Shown here piece after piece: positions 35,510-49,399 of a DNA stretch of 64,000 nucleotides (positions are counted from its first letter, which is position 1; every line of letters starts with the position of its first letter). The DNA is taken from the NCBI RefSeq assembly GCF_963921235.1, contig NC_086108.1, forward strand, positions 82,772,001-82,836,000, read 5' to 3'. The position numbers and the translations under genes are program-made. Under the pieces are notes generated by a model. That model made no database searches. It saw nothing but the letters and a program-made list of their open reading frames with translations, and was not told the origin of the DNA. The stretch is from Mobula hypostoma. Lineage: Eukaryota.

Positions 35510-38500
35510 TGTTGTGTATTTAGTATTTCAATAGTATTTGAGTAATATTGTAATCTTGATCATTTAAATAATACATTACGGGTTATATGCAAAGATAAGT
35601 GAGAGGCATACAGCATGATGCTACCATGTAATGCATGTGTGCCTTGCTTAAAGTAAACACCAAGTTAGATATGTTATTCCAGATTCCTTTGTTTTTATTT
35701 TGAATAGTTTTTAAGTTTTGGAGTTACAGAACACAACAGTGGTGATGATGAAGCTTCAAGCAAACTCGAGATGACTACTTGCTGAAGCGCAGTGAGACGT
35801 TCGAGTTTTAAAAAGGTGCAGCGAGATAGTTGAGTTAAAAAATGACAGCATGTTTTTTCTTCAGAGCAGCATGCTTCCTTCGCAAAATCAGATTCAGAAT
35901 CAGGTTTATTGTCACCGGTATGTGTCGTGAAATTTGTTAACTTAGCAGCAGCAGTTCAATACAATACATAATATAGAAGTAGGAGAAAAAAAAATAATAA
36001 TGAATAAGTAAATCAATTACAGTATATGTATTAGATTAGATTAAAAATTGTGCAAAAAACAGAAATAATATATATATTAAAAAAGTGAGGTAGTGTTCAT
36101 GGGTTCAATTTCCATTTAAGAATCGGATGGCAGAGGGGAAGAAACTGTTCCTGAATCACTGAGTGTGTGCCTTCAGGCTTCTGTACCTCCTACCTGATGG
36201 TAATAGTGAGAAAAGGGCATGCCCTGGGTGCTGGAGGTCCTTCATAATGGATGCTTCCTTTCTGAGACACCACTCCTTGAAGTTGTCCTGGGTACTTTGT
36301 AGGCTGGTATCCAAGATGGAGTTGACTAAATTTACAACACTCTGCAGCTTCTTTCGGTCCTGTGAAGTAGCCTTCCATCCCCCCACACCAGACAGTGACG
36401 CAGCCTGTCGGAATGCTCTCCACTGTACATCTATAGAAGTTTTTGAGTGTATTTGTTGACATACCAAATCTCTTCAAACTTCTAATGAAGTATAGTTGCT
36501 GTCTTACCTTCTTTATAACAGCATCGATATGTTGGGTCCAGGTTAGGTCCTCAGCGATCTTGACACCCAGAAACTTAAAAATGTTCACTCTCTCTATTTC
36601 TGATCCCTCTATGAGAATTGGTATGTGTTCCTTCGTCTTACCCTTCCTGAAGCCCACAATCAGTTCTTCCGTCTTTCTGATGTTGAGTGCCAGGTTGTTG
36701 CTGAGACACCATTCCACTAGTTGGCATATCTCGCTCCTGTATACCCTCTCGTCATGATCTGAGATTCTACCAACAATGGCTGTATCATCAGCAAATCTAT
36801 AGATGGTATTTGAGCTATGCCTAGCCACACAGTCATAGGTATAAAGGGAGTAGAGCAGTGGGCTAAGCACGCACTCCTGAGGTGTACCAGTGTTGAATGT
36901 CAGTGAGGATGAGATATTATCACCAATCCAATTGCAGAAGGAGGTACAGAGGCCCAGGTCTGTAACTTCTCAATCAGGATTGTGGGACCAATGGTATTAA
37001 ATGCTGAGCTATGGTTGATGAACAGCATCCTGATGTAGGGTGTTGAACACCTATATGTCATAAGGAAGATTTTTAAAAGAAAGGTAGGAAAACAGAAGAA
37101 TTCATAGGTTCATGAACAGTAAGTACAATGGGATAATAATTATTTAAAAAAAGAGCAAAAATAGATGGCTACAACAGAAAAAATGATGCATTAAATTCCA
37201 CAACAGAAAACTGGATTTTGTATTCTGTGAAAAATTGAGCGATATTTTGAAGGAAATGAAATGGCCAATGAGAAGCAAGTGCCAATTTTGATGAGTGCTT
37301 TGGATTTAAAGGCATACAATTTGTTTTGAAGTTTAACTGCTCCACCCAAACCAGCTGAATTGAGCTTTGCTGATATCATGAAAGTAATACAGGAACATTT
37401 ATCACCGAAGTCACTGTTAATTGTAGAATGCTGCAGGTTTCATAAGCAGAATCAAAAGGAAGGGGAGTCCATTTCAGTCTACATGGCTGAATTGAAGAAA
37501 TTGTCTGAACATTGTCAGTTCATTGATGGTCTTAATGATACACCGAGAGGTCATTTAGTTTGTGGAATCTTTCAAGAAAGCATTTAAAAAGGCTCCTAAC
37601 CGAAGAACTTGCATTTGAAAGAGCAGTTGAAATCCCTGAAACAGCGGACAGAGATGTAATTGAGTTGCAGTCAGGAATGAAAGGGAACGTGAACAAAATT
37701 GCAATATCTAAACAGAAAGCAGCTTGGCTGAACAAATTGTGTGACTGATAGGGCAGGAGTTCCCATACACCTGACCAATGCAGTTTTACAGGTGAAAGTT
37801 GCAGAAAATGCAACAAGTAGGACACATACAAAGAGTATGTTGGGCAGACAAAAATAAATGGACTGCACAGGGAGGAGAAAAAGATAAAAAGTCAAGTTGC
37901 AGTTTCAAATAGAGCACTAATCTGCATGCTGTTGATAAAAAAAATCTGATAATGATGGGAGTGGTGCAGTACTGAGTAGCCTTGAGATTTACAATGTGAA
38001 AGCTAACAATAGGCAGGCAATATGGCTTATACCAGAAGTGAACTGCAAATCAATTAAAATGGAATTGGACTCTGGTTCAGCTGTTTCAGTCATTTCACAA
38101 AATGAGTTTGAACAGCATTTCAAAGATACTGAACTGAAGCCTGTAACTAAGAATTTTTATGGGACAAAGGGTAATCGCTGAGGGAATGACATTCATGACA
38201 GTGACATACAACAAGCAAAAAGCCACATTGGGCTTCTATGTGGTAAACAGAGGTGCTATGGCCAACCCCTGCACCTCTGGTTGGAAGGCACATTTGACCA
38301 AGGAAGGACAGTGCTGCTGAGTGGAAGTGTGAAAGTGACGAAAGCAGTGGTCCACCTACAACAGTTTTTTATAGGCAACATATCTAGGAAAGTTTCTCAT
38401 TATGTAAATCAGGCAGTTAGTTGCGAAATGTGAGTTGGTTTTAAGGTGGAAGAGAGTTCAAGGAGGTTCAGGAAAGTTGCAAGCATTTGGCTTTTGGATT

Positions 38501-39345
38501 ATACAGAACCAGAAACTACTCTGCCTGCATTAAGATTATTGCATGTACTCCAAGAGGGAGACAAAAAATTGCTTGTAAAGGTAGATGCAAAGATCTAAGC
38601 CCAGCTGGATTAACGGGAGGGAAAAATGAAAGGAGTCAATGGAGATATGAAAACAGAGGATTTGTCAGATGATGTTGTGGATGAGGAAACCAGGAGGAGA
38701 GATCAGATTGTAAAAGCAGCAATAGAAGTAGAGAACACTCCAGTGAACTAAATGCACCTTCCCAAGGTGTAGATGCACAAACTAGAGGAAAAAGGAAGGA
38801 GAAGGAGAGTGTCCAGATCTGTCAGAACCACTTTGGAGTCAACTCCTGCAGCCACCACAGAAGAGGCCCCAGAATATGAGATTGTTGTCTCAGCCACAAG
38901 TCTCACCTGTCAAGCAGAATAATTCCCCCTGGTCAAGAAGTATGTTCTCCACAAGAGTAAGAGAACCTCCACAGAGATTAAATCTTTAGGTCTGAATGGA
39001 CAATTTAAAGACTGACCTATGCTGTGCATGTATACTGTGTATATAGTTGAGATGCATCCTCTATTGAGTAGGAGTTCATAGCTAAGCAGAGAGGAGTGCT
39101 GTGTACTTAATATTTCAGTAGTATTTGAACAATATTGTAAATATTTTATCTAATTAAGCATTCTTGTTTATTTAAGTATTACATTACAGGTTATATGTAA
39201 AAATAAGTGAAGTGCAAACGTCATGACGTTACTACATGATACCTGTGTGCCTCACTTAAAGTACACACAAAGTTAGATACAGTATTACAGACTCCTTGTT
39301 TTTATTTCATGTAGTTCTTGCATTTTGCAGTTTCTAAATATAACA
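35510..39345 (+). mobile_element. Degraded Gypsy LTR retrotransposon, same family as 8491-13502, most of pol deleted
   Basis: LTRs 35510-35738 and 39097-39345 (TG...CA), PBS-like TGGTGATGATGA at 35740, PPT at 39084-39096, flanks TTCAC/GTCAC. gag (37360-37587) and protease MELDSGSAVSVI remnants. Confidence 0.9.
35886..37040 (-). mobile_element. Rex1/Babar LINE nested in the Gypsy leader
   Basis: ORF 36190-36870 LSPLLYSLYTYDC...RFADDT, (TGATTC)n-type tail at the left end. Same subfamily as 13910-15420. Confidence 0.9.
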
Positions 39346-40239
39346 GTCACCCCTCAGACCCCAAAGCAAAACAGGCCTAAAGTGCCCAGCTTCTCTTGTT
39401 AGGACATTCCTCTCATCTTAGGAATTAGGCTGGTGAATCTTCTTCAGCTCACCTCCAATCCCTATTTAGATCAGGGAACAAAAACTGTGTACAGTATTCT
39501 TTGTGTGGCCTCACCAATGCCATACGTAACTGTAACACAATCCTCTTAATATTAAATTCTGATCACTTCGCATTAAAAACCAACATGTCATTTACCACTT
39601 AGCTATTGTTGGACCTACTTGCTTATTTTTTGTGACTTGTGCTCAAGAAGATCTGCATCCCCCCTGAACTACCTTATTTGTAGATTCTTTCCATTTGATA
39701 ATAGACTATCTTTTGATTCCTCTTACTGAAGTGCATGACCTCATACTTCCTCCTCTTAAACTCCACTTCCCAATCATACAATCTGCGTATATCCGGTTGC
39801 AGAATTATGATGCCCTCCTTATGATCTGCCTTTCCATCCATTTGCCAAAAGAAGATTAATTGAATTTGATAGAACTAAACTACCATAAGGTAGTTTCATA
39901 CTCTCATGAGGTCTGATGAATCGGTTGTTATCATTGACACTTTTGCTAATTCTCATGACTTTCTGATGACAATTCATTTCTTTGTCTTTATACTAAGAGT
40001 TTTTGCCACTGAATCAATGTTCACATCATGGACTTTTCCGGAATTCTGTCAAATATGAAAGTGGCATACTGTAGTTTGCTCCATCTTCTAGAAAAACAAC
40101 TAAAACTTTCTGAGTGAAGCACAGGATTGCTCACTGTTGAGTGAACGTAGGACCCATTACTGCTGTGCTAGTTTTGTTTTTTGTTAAATACCACATAAAT
40201 AGGACTGGGGAAAATATAAAGCAAGTTTAGGGTCATGCT

Positions 40240-41050
40240 CAAGTTCAAGTCTAATTTTCATTCAATCATACATATGAATACAGCCTAACAAAACAGTTTT
40301 CCTCTAAGACCAAGTATCAACAGTCAAACATAGCACAAGGCACATATAGCACATATAACTGTGATAGCAGTAAAACATACAGTCACTAAAAATAATGATA
40401 ATATAGCCCAAGTGCCTGAGTGTCTTGGTCTGTATATTGACGGTGCATGGGATATTGTCCTGGAGCCATGTTTTCTGCAAGAACAAGCAGCAGTTCTTCA
40501 TCTTGCACCAGTGCAGCTACGGACAAATGCAATCTACCTTGTTTTCCACCAAGCGAACACTGGAGGCCAGACCCCCGCCCCCCAGCCCAGATTAGATGTC
40601 CACTGCACCAGGCTGCCTCCAATGTCACCTCCCCTGGGTGGCTGCAACAGGAAACCCAATAACATGTGGAACTGGTTCAAAGGCCACGCAGCTTCCCAAC
40701 CACTGATCTCGCCAATGAACCAGTGAACCGGACTTGCTAGTTTCTACATTTCCAATGTCGAACAGGGTCTTGCAATCACAAGAAAAACGTGCAGAAGATA
40801 AAAATAATCATTTGCACCATTTGTTGGACTATGCACCTCCTCACACCCTGCCTCTGATGCCCACCACCTTGAGTTGCTGAAACAAGCAACTATATGGGAC
40901 ATAACAAACTCAGCTCCACTCGTACCGAGCAACTGACTGATGGGGTAGACCGGCAGGACTTGCTGTTCGAAATATCTAGCAGCGTCTTGCGATCGTTAAA
41001 AGGTCATAAAGGACCCAGAGAGGACACTGAGTGCTCCACCATCTTACTGG
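40240..41050 (-). mobile_element. Probable internally deleted Rex1-related element
   Basis: Endonuclease-start remnant NCCLFLQKTWLQDNIP joined to a 3' UTR ending in (CTTGAA)n, also seen at 29500-29680. Confidence 0.5.
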
Positions 41051-41939
41051 AAGCAGTACTGCTTTCAGTTTTCTTCCACTGAAAGCAAGGACTGTTTAAA
41101 TGCACTTTCTATGTGTCTCACCACTATTTCTTGTAGGTTAATGTGTGGTATCCAATGTTCAGAAATGATTTGAGGGTCCTTATAACATGTGCTCAGTCCA
41201 GTTTATTGTCATCATTAATTTCAGTTGGAATGTTAGACATATAAATTGCAGTTCACCTGAAAAATAAAGCACGGTAAATAATAGATTTACTTCCTTTTAT
41301 TCAGAGACTAGACAGGCAAGACATACATTGTTACTCAAGTGAATGGAACTGAATAATTATCCCCGTTCTTCAAATACTCCAACATGCCTTCCGATCAGAT
41401 TGTCGTATTCCAAAGTTAGTTTGCTCAACAGTGACACGCATAGGCTCGAGCTTGACACTACACGCTTATGCCACCAGTCTTTTTGATTTTATTTTCTGTG
41501 TTAAAGCCACTTTTTAACAAGTTTGTGGCATTTAACATAGAAAAAATTCACATTTGATCACTTAGAGTTAAATAGTTAACAATAGTTAACAAACTAAAGT
41601 TAACATATCTGAATATTTCCATGTTCTATATTAATTGCAAATAAGTAATAATGAGCTATAATTTTATTATTATAATAATGAGTTATAATTAGCTATTTTG
41701 TGCAAAGTTAGTGGAGGATTTACATATTTACCATTTATTCCATTGATTTTCAAAATTTTATATATCAAAATAAATGTCATAACTGAAGGTCCCTCTCCTA
41801 TTTATGAATGAAATTACAGCAACAACAACAAATTTCATTAATGTAGCAGCTTTAAAATAGGAAAGGTAACCTTGTGCATCATGCAGGAGTAATATCTAAC
41901 AAAAGTACTGACAGCAAATCACACAGAAAAATATTGGAT

Positions 41940-44900
41940 CATTGGGCTCTCTGGCAGGGAAGGTGGGACCTGTACAGAAGGGATGGTTTGCACCTGAACT
42001 GGTGAGGAACTAATATCTTAGCATGAAGGTTTGTTGATGCTGCACGGTAAGGGTTTTCACTAAAGTTACAAGGAATGGGAATCAGAGTGCCAGCACAGTT
42101 AGTGGAGAGGTTATGAAGGAAGATGTTAGTAAGACCTCAGACAAAGTTAGACATCAAAAGGTTGAGCATGGTGCAACTAGTGTCCTAAGCTGCATATACT
42201 TAAATGCAAGAAGTATTGTAGGAATGACCGATGATAATGCTGAAGATGAGGTAGCTGGTTTACAAACAGAAGCAATGTATAGTGAGGAGAGGTTGTTGGT
42301 AGGACAAAATTGCAGTCAACAGAGTGAATTGCAATGTAAAAGCAGTCAAAATTGAAAAGGATGAATATAGGACTGAAGGCGTTATAATTAAATGCATGCA
42401 GTATATAGAGCAAGGTAGATTAACTTGTAGCGCAGTTAAAGATTGGCATGTATGATGTTGTAGCCTAAAGAAGACTATAGCTGGGAGCTTCATGTCCAAG
42501 GATACACATTATATCAAAAGGACAAGCAGGAAGGCATTGCTTTGTTGGTATAAAAAAAATCAAATCGTTAGAAAGAGGTGACATAGGGTTGGAAGATGTT
42601 GAATCTTTGTGGATAGAGCTAAGGAACTGCAAGGGTAAATAGACCCTGATGGGAGCTATATACAGACCTCAAACAGTAGTAAGGATGTGGTCTACAAATT
42701 ACAACGGAAGATAGAAAATGCATGCCAAAAAGGCAATGTTACAATAGTAATGGGGGATTTTAATATGCAGGTAGATTGGGAAAATCACTTTAGTGCTGGA
42801 TTCCAAGAGGGGGAATTTCTAGAGTGCCCACGAGATGGCTTTTTAGAGCAGCTTGTGGTTTAGCCCACAAGGGGATCAGTTATACTGTACTGGGTGTTGT
42901 GCAATCAACCAGAATCAGGATCAGAATCCTTTATTATTGCCAAGTATGTGGACACATACAGGGAATTTGACGCCGGTTTCCCTGAATTTGCTGTACAGAA
43001 TCAAAAAGCAAACAAAACAATGGTGCAAATAATCGTGAGCTATATACAATGAGGTATACCTGTGTATGTACAGGTGGACTTGGTTTATAATGGACTAAAA
43101 TTCAAGTGTTCATAAGACTGATGGCATACGGAAAGAAACTGTTCTTGTACCTATTTGTCCTGGTATACAGTGATCTGTATACCGCCTACCAGAAGGAAGG
43201 AGTTGGAACAGGTGATGTCCAGGGTGTGATGGGTCTACAATGATGCTGCTTGCTCGCTTCCTGACTCCAGATGCATGCAAGTCCTGGATCGAGGGCAGCT
43301 TCACACCAATAATCCTTTCTACAGCCCTGACAGTTCTTTGAAGTCTATTCTTGTCTTGTTTGGTAGCTGATCCAAACCAGACAGTAATGGACAAACAGAG
43401 AACAGACTGGATTATTCCTGAATAGGATTGAATCAGCAGCTCCTGAGGCAGGTTGTACTTCCTGAGTTGACGTAGGACATACAACCTCTGCTGAGCCTTT
43501 TTGATAAGAGTGTCCGCGTTGGGTATCCACTTCAGGTCCTGGGAGATTGTGACACCCAGAAACCTGAAGGTCTCCACAGCAGACACAATACTGTTGAGTA
43601 TAGTGAGTGGAGGGAGTACTGGGGGCTCCTCCTGAAGTCCACTGTCATCTCCACAGTCTTGAGCGTATTTAGCTCCAGATTGTTCTGACCACACCAGAGA
43701 GCCAGCCATTCCACCACCTATCTGTATGCAGACCCATCACCATCTCGGATAAGGCCAATGACAGTTGTGTCGTCTGCAAACTTCAGGAGTTTAACAGATG
43801 GATCCTGTGAGGTGCAGTCATTAGTGTAAAGGGAGAAGAGCGGTCGGGAGAGCACACATCCCTGGGGGGCACCGGTACTGATTGTCCAGATGCTAGAAAT
43901 GATGCTCCCCAGCCTCACTTGCTGCACCCTGTCAGTCAGGAAGCTTGTGATCCACTGACAGATGGCGGGGGAGACAGTGAGCTGGGTGAGTTTGGAGTGG
44001 AGGATTTCTGGGACGATGGTGTTGGACGCTGAGTTGAAGTCAACAAACAGGACCCTCACAGAAGTTCCTGGGTTGTCGAGGTGTTGTAGTATGTAATGCA
44101 GTCCCATGTTGACTGCATCATCCACTGACCTATTTGCCCAATAAGCAAACTGCAGGGGGTCCAGCAGGGGGCCTGTGATGTCCTTCAGGTAAGCCAACAC
44201 TAGTCTCTCAAAGGACTTCATGACCACAGATGTTAAGGCAACAGGCCTGTAGTCATTTAGTCCCTTGATAGTCGGTTACTTAGGGACTTAGGGAATTGAT
44301 TAGAGAGCTAAAGGCGAAAGAAACCTTTGGGGCAAGTGATCATAACATGATCAAATTCACCCTGAAATTTGAGAAGGAAGAGCTGAAGTCAGATGTATCA
44401 GTATTACAGTGGAGTAAAGGGAATTACAGAGGCACAAGAAAGGAGTTGTCCAGAGTTGATCGGAAAAGAACACTGGTAGGGATGACAGCAGGGTCGTAAT
44501 GGCTGGAATTTATGGAAACAATTTGGAAGGCACCGGATATATACATCCCAAAGAGGAAGTATTCTCAAGGCAAATTGACACAACCGTGACTAGCAAGAGA
44601 AAGCAAAGTCATGATAAAAGTCAGAGAGGGCATATAATAGAGCAAGAATTAGTGGAAGTTAGAGGATTGGGAAGCTTTTAAAAACCAACAGAAGGCAACT
44701 AAAAAATCATCAAGGTAAAGATGGAATACAAAAGTAAGCTAGTCAATAATATTAAAGAGGATACCAAAAGTTTCTTCAGACACATAAAGTGTAAAAGAGA
44801 GGTGAGAGTTGATATTGGACTGCTAGAAAACGATATTGTAGTAATGGGGGACAGGGAAATGGCGGATGAACTGAATAGATATTTTGCATCAGTCTTCACT

Positions 44901-45840
44901 GTGGAAGGCACTAGCAGTATAGTGGAAGTTCCCTGTGTCAGGGGTCATGAAGTGTATGCAGTTACCACAACTAGAGAGAAGGCTCTTGGGAAACAGGAAG
45001 GTCTGAAGGTGATAAGTCACCTGGACCAGATGGACAACACCCCAGGATTCTGAAAGTGGTGATTGAAAATATTGCAGAGGCATGAGTAATGATCTTTCAA
45101 GAATCACGATATTCTGGAATAGTTCCAGAAAACTAGAAAATTGCAAATGTTACTCCACTCTTCAAGGAGAGAGAGGCAGAAGAAAGGAAACTATAGGCCA
45201 GTTAGTTTTTAGCTCAGTGGTTGGGAAGATGTCGGAACTGATTTTCAAGGATGAAGTGTTAAGGTAAAATAGGCCACAGTCAGCATGGTTTCCTCAAGGG
45301 AAAACTTTGCCTGAAAAATCTGCTGGAATTCTTTGAAGAAGTAACAAACAAAATAGACAACAGGGAATCAGTTGATGCTGTGTATTTGGATTTTCAGATG
45401 GCCTTTGACAAGGTGCCACACAAGAGGCTGCTTAACAAGCTACAAGCCAATGGTATTACAGAAAATTTTCTAGCAGTGGCTGATTGGCAGGAGGCAAAGT
45501 GTAAGAATAAAGGGAGCCTTTTCTGGTTGCTGCCAACGACTAGTGGTGTCCCACAGGGGTCTGTGTTGGGACAATTTCTTTTTATATTATATGTCAATGA
45601 TTTGGATGATGGAATTGATGGCTTTGTTGCAAAGTTTGCAGATGATATGAAGATTGGTGGAGGGGCAGGTAGCTTTGAGGAAGTAGAGAGGCTACAGAAG
45701 GATTTGGACAGATAAGGAGAATGGGCAAAGAAGTGGCAGATAGAAAACAGCATCAGGAAGTGTATGGTTGTGAACTTTGAAAGAAGAAATGAAAAGGTTG
45801 ACTATTTTCTAAATGGAGGGAAAATACAAAAAACTGATCT
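41940..45840 (+). mobile_element. Degraded CR1 LINE including the ORF1 esterase end, endonuclease and RT, split by a Rex1 insertion
   Basis: WDLYRRDGLHLN (SGNH-type ORF1 end) near 41965-42000, CIYLNARSI, MGDFN, YLDFQMAFDKVPH, GVPQGSVLG and KFADD. Confidence 0.85.
42910..44270 (-). mobile_element. Rex1/Babar LINE (distinct subfamily) nested in CR1
   Basis: ORFs 43718-44227 and 43110-43709 with [27 protein letters not shown] and DPSHPGHHLFQLLPSGRR. (GATTCT)-type tail at the left end. Confidence 0.9.
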
Positions 45841-45879
45841 GCCACTACTTCTTCATGAACAATCGGTGTAGATGTAAGT

Positions 45880-47612
45880 GTCTGTGCTGGCTTAGTGGGT
45901 AGTACTGTGAGTTCAAGATTAATTCTAGAGTTTTGAGAACAAAGATTTAGGTTGATGTTCCAACGCAATATGGGAATGCCTCATTGTTGAAGGTGAGATC
46001 TTTAATATGAGACATTAGACTAAGAAAGAACCAAGGCTATGCACAAGCAGATCTGCAGATTAAATTAGGATAATGCTCAGCAAAGACATTACGGGCTGAA
46101 GGGCCTGTTCCTGTGCTTTAATGTTCTATGATGAAAATGAAACGAGGTCCAAAAGGAAGTCAGCAGTTATATTATCACCCAGTGACCTGGCCAGTTTTTA
46201 TCCCTTACTCACACGCACCAAAACAAAACGTTTGATCATTCTCCTCATGACTGTGTGGGTTTTCTGTGGGTGCTCCAGTTTCCTCCCACATTCCAAAGGC
46301 AAACAGGTTAGAGTTCGTAAGTTGTAGGCATGCTATGTTGGCCCTGGAAGCATGGTGACACTTGCAGGATGCCTCCAGCTCTATCTTATAACTGCATTGG
46401 TCTTTGATGCAAATGACACATTTCTATGTTTTAAAACCATAGAACACTACAGCACAGAAAACAGGCCATTCTGCCCTTCTAGTCTGTGCCGAAACATTAT
46501 TCTGCTAGTCCCGTTGACCTGCAGCCAGTCCATAACCCTCCAGACCTCTCCCATCCATGTATCTATCCAATTTTTTCTTAAAACTTAAGAGTGAGCCCGC
46601 ACTTACCGCATCAGATGGCAGTTCGTTCCACACTCCCACCACTCTCTGAGTGAAGAAGTTCCCCCTAATGTTCCCCCAAACCTTTCTCCTTTCACCCTAA
46701 AGCCATGTCCTCTCGTATTTATCTCTCCTAACCTAAGTGAAAAGAGCCTATTCATATTTACTCTGTCTACACCCCTCACAATTCTGTAAACCTCTATCAA
46801 ATCTCCCCTCATTCTTCTATGTTCCAAGGAATAAAGTCCTAACTTGTTCAATCTTTCCCTGTAGCTCTACTCCTGAAGACCCGGCAACATCCTAGTAAAT
46901 CTTCTCTGCACTCTTTCAATCTTACTGATATCCTTCCTATAGTTAGGTGACCAGAACTGTATACCATACTCCAACATTGGCCTCACCAATGTCTTATACA
47001 ACCTCCCCATAACATCCCAACTCCTATATTCAGTACTTTGATTTATGAATGCCAGGATGCCAAAAGCCTTCTTTACAACCCTGTCTACCTGTGACACCAC
47101 TTTCAGGGAATCATGTATCTGAACTCCCAGATCTCTTTGTTCCTCCACACTCCTCAATGCCCTACCTTTTACTGTGTATGTCCTTCCTTATTTTGTCCTT
47201 CCAAAATGCAACACCTCACACTTGTCTGCATTAAATTCCATCTGCCATTTTCGGGCTCTTTTTTCCAGTTGGTCCAGATCCTTCTGCAAGCATTGAAAGC
47301 CTTCCTCGCTGCCCACAACGCCTTGATGTACATATGACAAATAAAGCTAACCTTTCTTTCTATTGCACATGTACACAGTTTCTGTGTTTAAATTCACTGC
47401 TATCCTTCCTACATTACATCATTAACTTCACTTCAGAGGATCTTTATTGGTTGACAAAGTGCTTTGGGAACAACCAGACAGAGGCATGGAAAGCCATTAT
47501 TGGATCAGCCATGATGAAATGGAGGGGAAGACGCGATGGGCCAGATGGCCTAATTCTGCTTCTATATCTTATGGTCCCATGGAAGGTGCTTTATAGTTGC
47601 AAGATTTGTTTT
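45880..47612 (+). mobile_element. Fragmented Deu-domain-like SINE hosting nested insertions
   Basis: Pieces at about 45880-46020, 46125-46255, 47380-47490 and 47578-47612 resemble consecutive parts of the element at 60300-60620. Confidence 0.5.
46431..47320 (-). mobile_element. CR1 LINE 3' fragment nested in a V-type SINE
   Basis: QRDLGV, LYKTLVRPMLEY and LGLYSLE...RGDLIE. The SINE tail resumes at 47322 (TTGATGTACATATGACAAATAAAGCT). Confidence 0.88.
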
Positions 47613-49399
47613 ACTACACTGTTGTTTCAATGTGGGGAGATGTTACTATATAAAGATATTGTCCATTGCAATTGAGGTCGGGGAATCATTTTTCTGCAGT
47701 TTCTTGGAACTGAAGCAGCTGCTAGTTATTCATAATGATTAGCTGATAGCCAATTTTTCTTGTGCAACATGTTTTATTAGTTTCACAGTCGAGATGATTT
47801 CTAGTTGTCATTGAATAAATATGTTGCCGGCTTGTAAAACATGAAACTCTTGCAAAGTCATTGAAGAGCCATGCCACTGAGGACCTGAAAAAAGTATCAG
47901 CTTTATAAGGTACAACTTGGAATAGTTATGGACCAATTGTAATAGCAGATTTATAGAGTCAGTCACTGTATGTTTTGCTTTCATACAAGACGACTTGGAT
48001 TTTACCAATTTTATTGTTTTCGCTATGTTCAAGTTTAAAGCTCACTGTGAAACTCCCTTTGTCATTAGCAAATGAGCCCATGACTTTTCAATATGAATAA
48101 CAAACTGCTCGGAAATTTCCAAAGGCTGTATTTATTCTCAGGTTCTCTGTTATACCAGCATGGTGAAAAGTATGACACATGTGATCTTAAACCTCTCTAC
48201 TGTATTTTCTGTATTTAATTTATTTGTTTGGCTTCAGACTAAGAAAGTAAATGATCATTATAATAAACATGCACAGTCACAATATTTTTGTGGTTGGGGG
48301 AAAGAAGGGGATTACACCATTTGTAAAGTGGCATAATATGAAGAAACAAGGATGGTTTGTGCCATGAATCACAACCAAAAGAGTAGAATAAAGTGCATTT
48401 GACCAGAGCTTTTGAAGAGATGGGACTTGGAAGGATGAGAATTCAGTCTCATTTCAAAAGGTGGAAGAAAGAAAAGAAGGACATATGTACTTGTATAAAG
48501 CACCTTTGGAAGCATAGCAAAGCACGTTACATCAAATACTTTGAAATGCAGCCACTGCTTTATGTATGTTGGCCCAGCAGCACAACAGTAATGATATCAA
48601 GGATTAGTTACTCTGGAGTGAGTTTCCACAGGGATTATTCAATCATAAATGATACACTGCAGAAGAAGCCAATTTGGCCCATTGTACCAGCATTGGTTCA
48701 TTGATTGATCTAACCAATTTGTCCCATTCCCACACTCTTTCCTGGCAAATGTCTCCCACAATCAGTCAAAGGGTGGTAGAAACCTTAGGAAAAACAGTGT
48801 AAATTCAACCAGATTTTCTACAGTGTTACACTGAACAAGTAGGATTCCTGCCACAGAAATGTCTATATCAGTGGGTGAGACTTTCAAAGGTGACATGTAG
48901 CCAAAATGAACCCTTTCACTTTAAGCTTTAACTTGCTCTTAGCTTGTATATTTCTGTCACTCTTTTCAAAGGTTTCTACATCAATTAAGCCCCAGCTGAA
49001 CACAGTATGTTGCTAAAGCAGGTTAATGGAGAGTGAGTACTGCTTGATAGCACTGTCTGACACCATTCATTGCTTTGCTCTTGATTGAATGGGAGGTAAT
49101 GCAATGAGTTGGATTTGTTCTGTTTGTTGTCCTAGTAGACATTGTCTGCTTTATCCAATATTTATTCCCAAAGATTAGAACTAACTAATTTATCCACCAG
49201 TGATCTTTAACTTAGAAATTTTGAGCCAAAGCCAGTTTGACCAGAATTTCCATATATAGTTGGTTAATGTAGATAATTCTAATTTGACTGATAAATGAGA
49301 CAAATAATTAGTTTCATAAAAAAAGCAGTGAATATGCTATTTTAGCATAGGGATTTAAACGCTGTTACAATGTGAGGAACTATTATGTTGGGACCTAAA

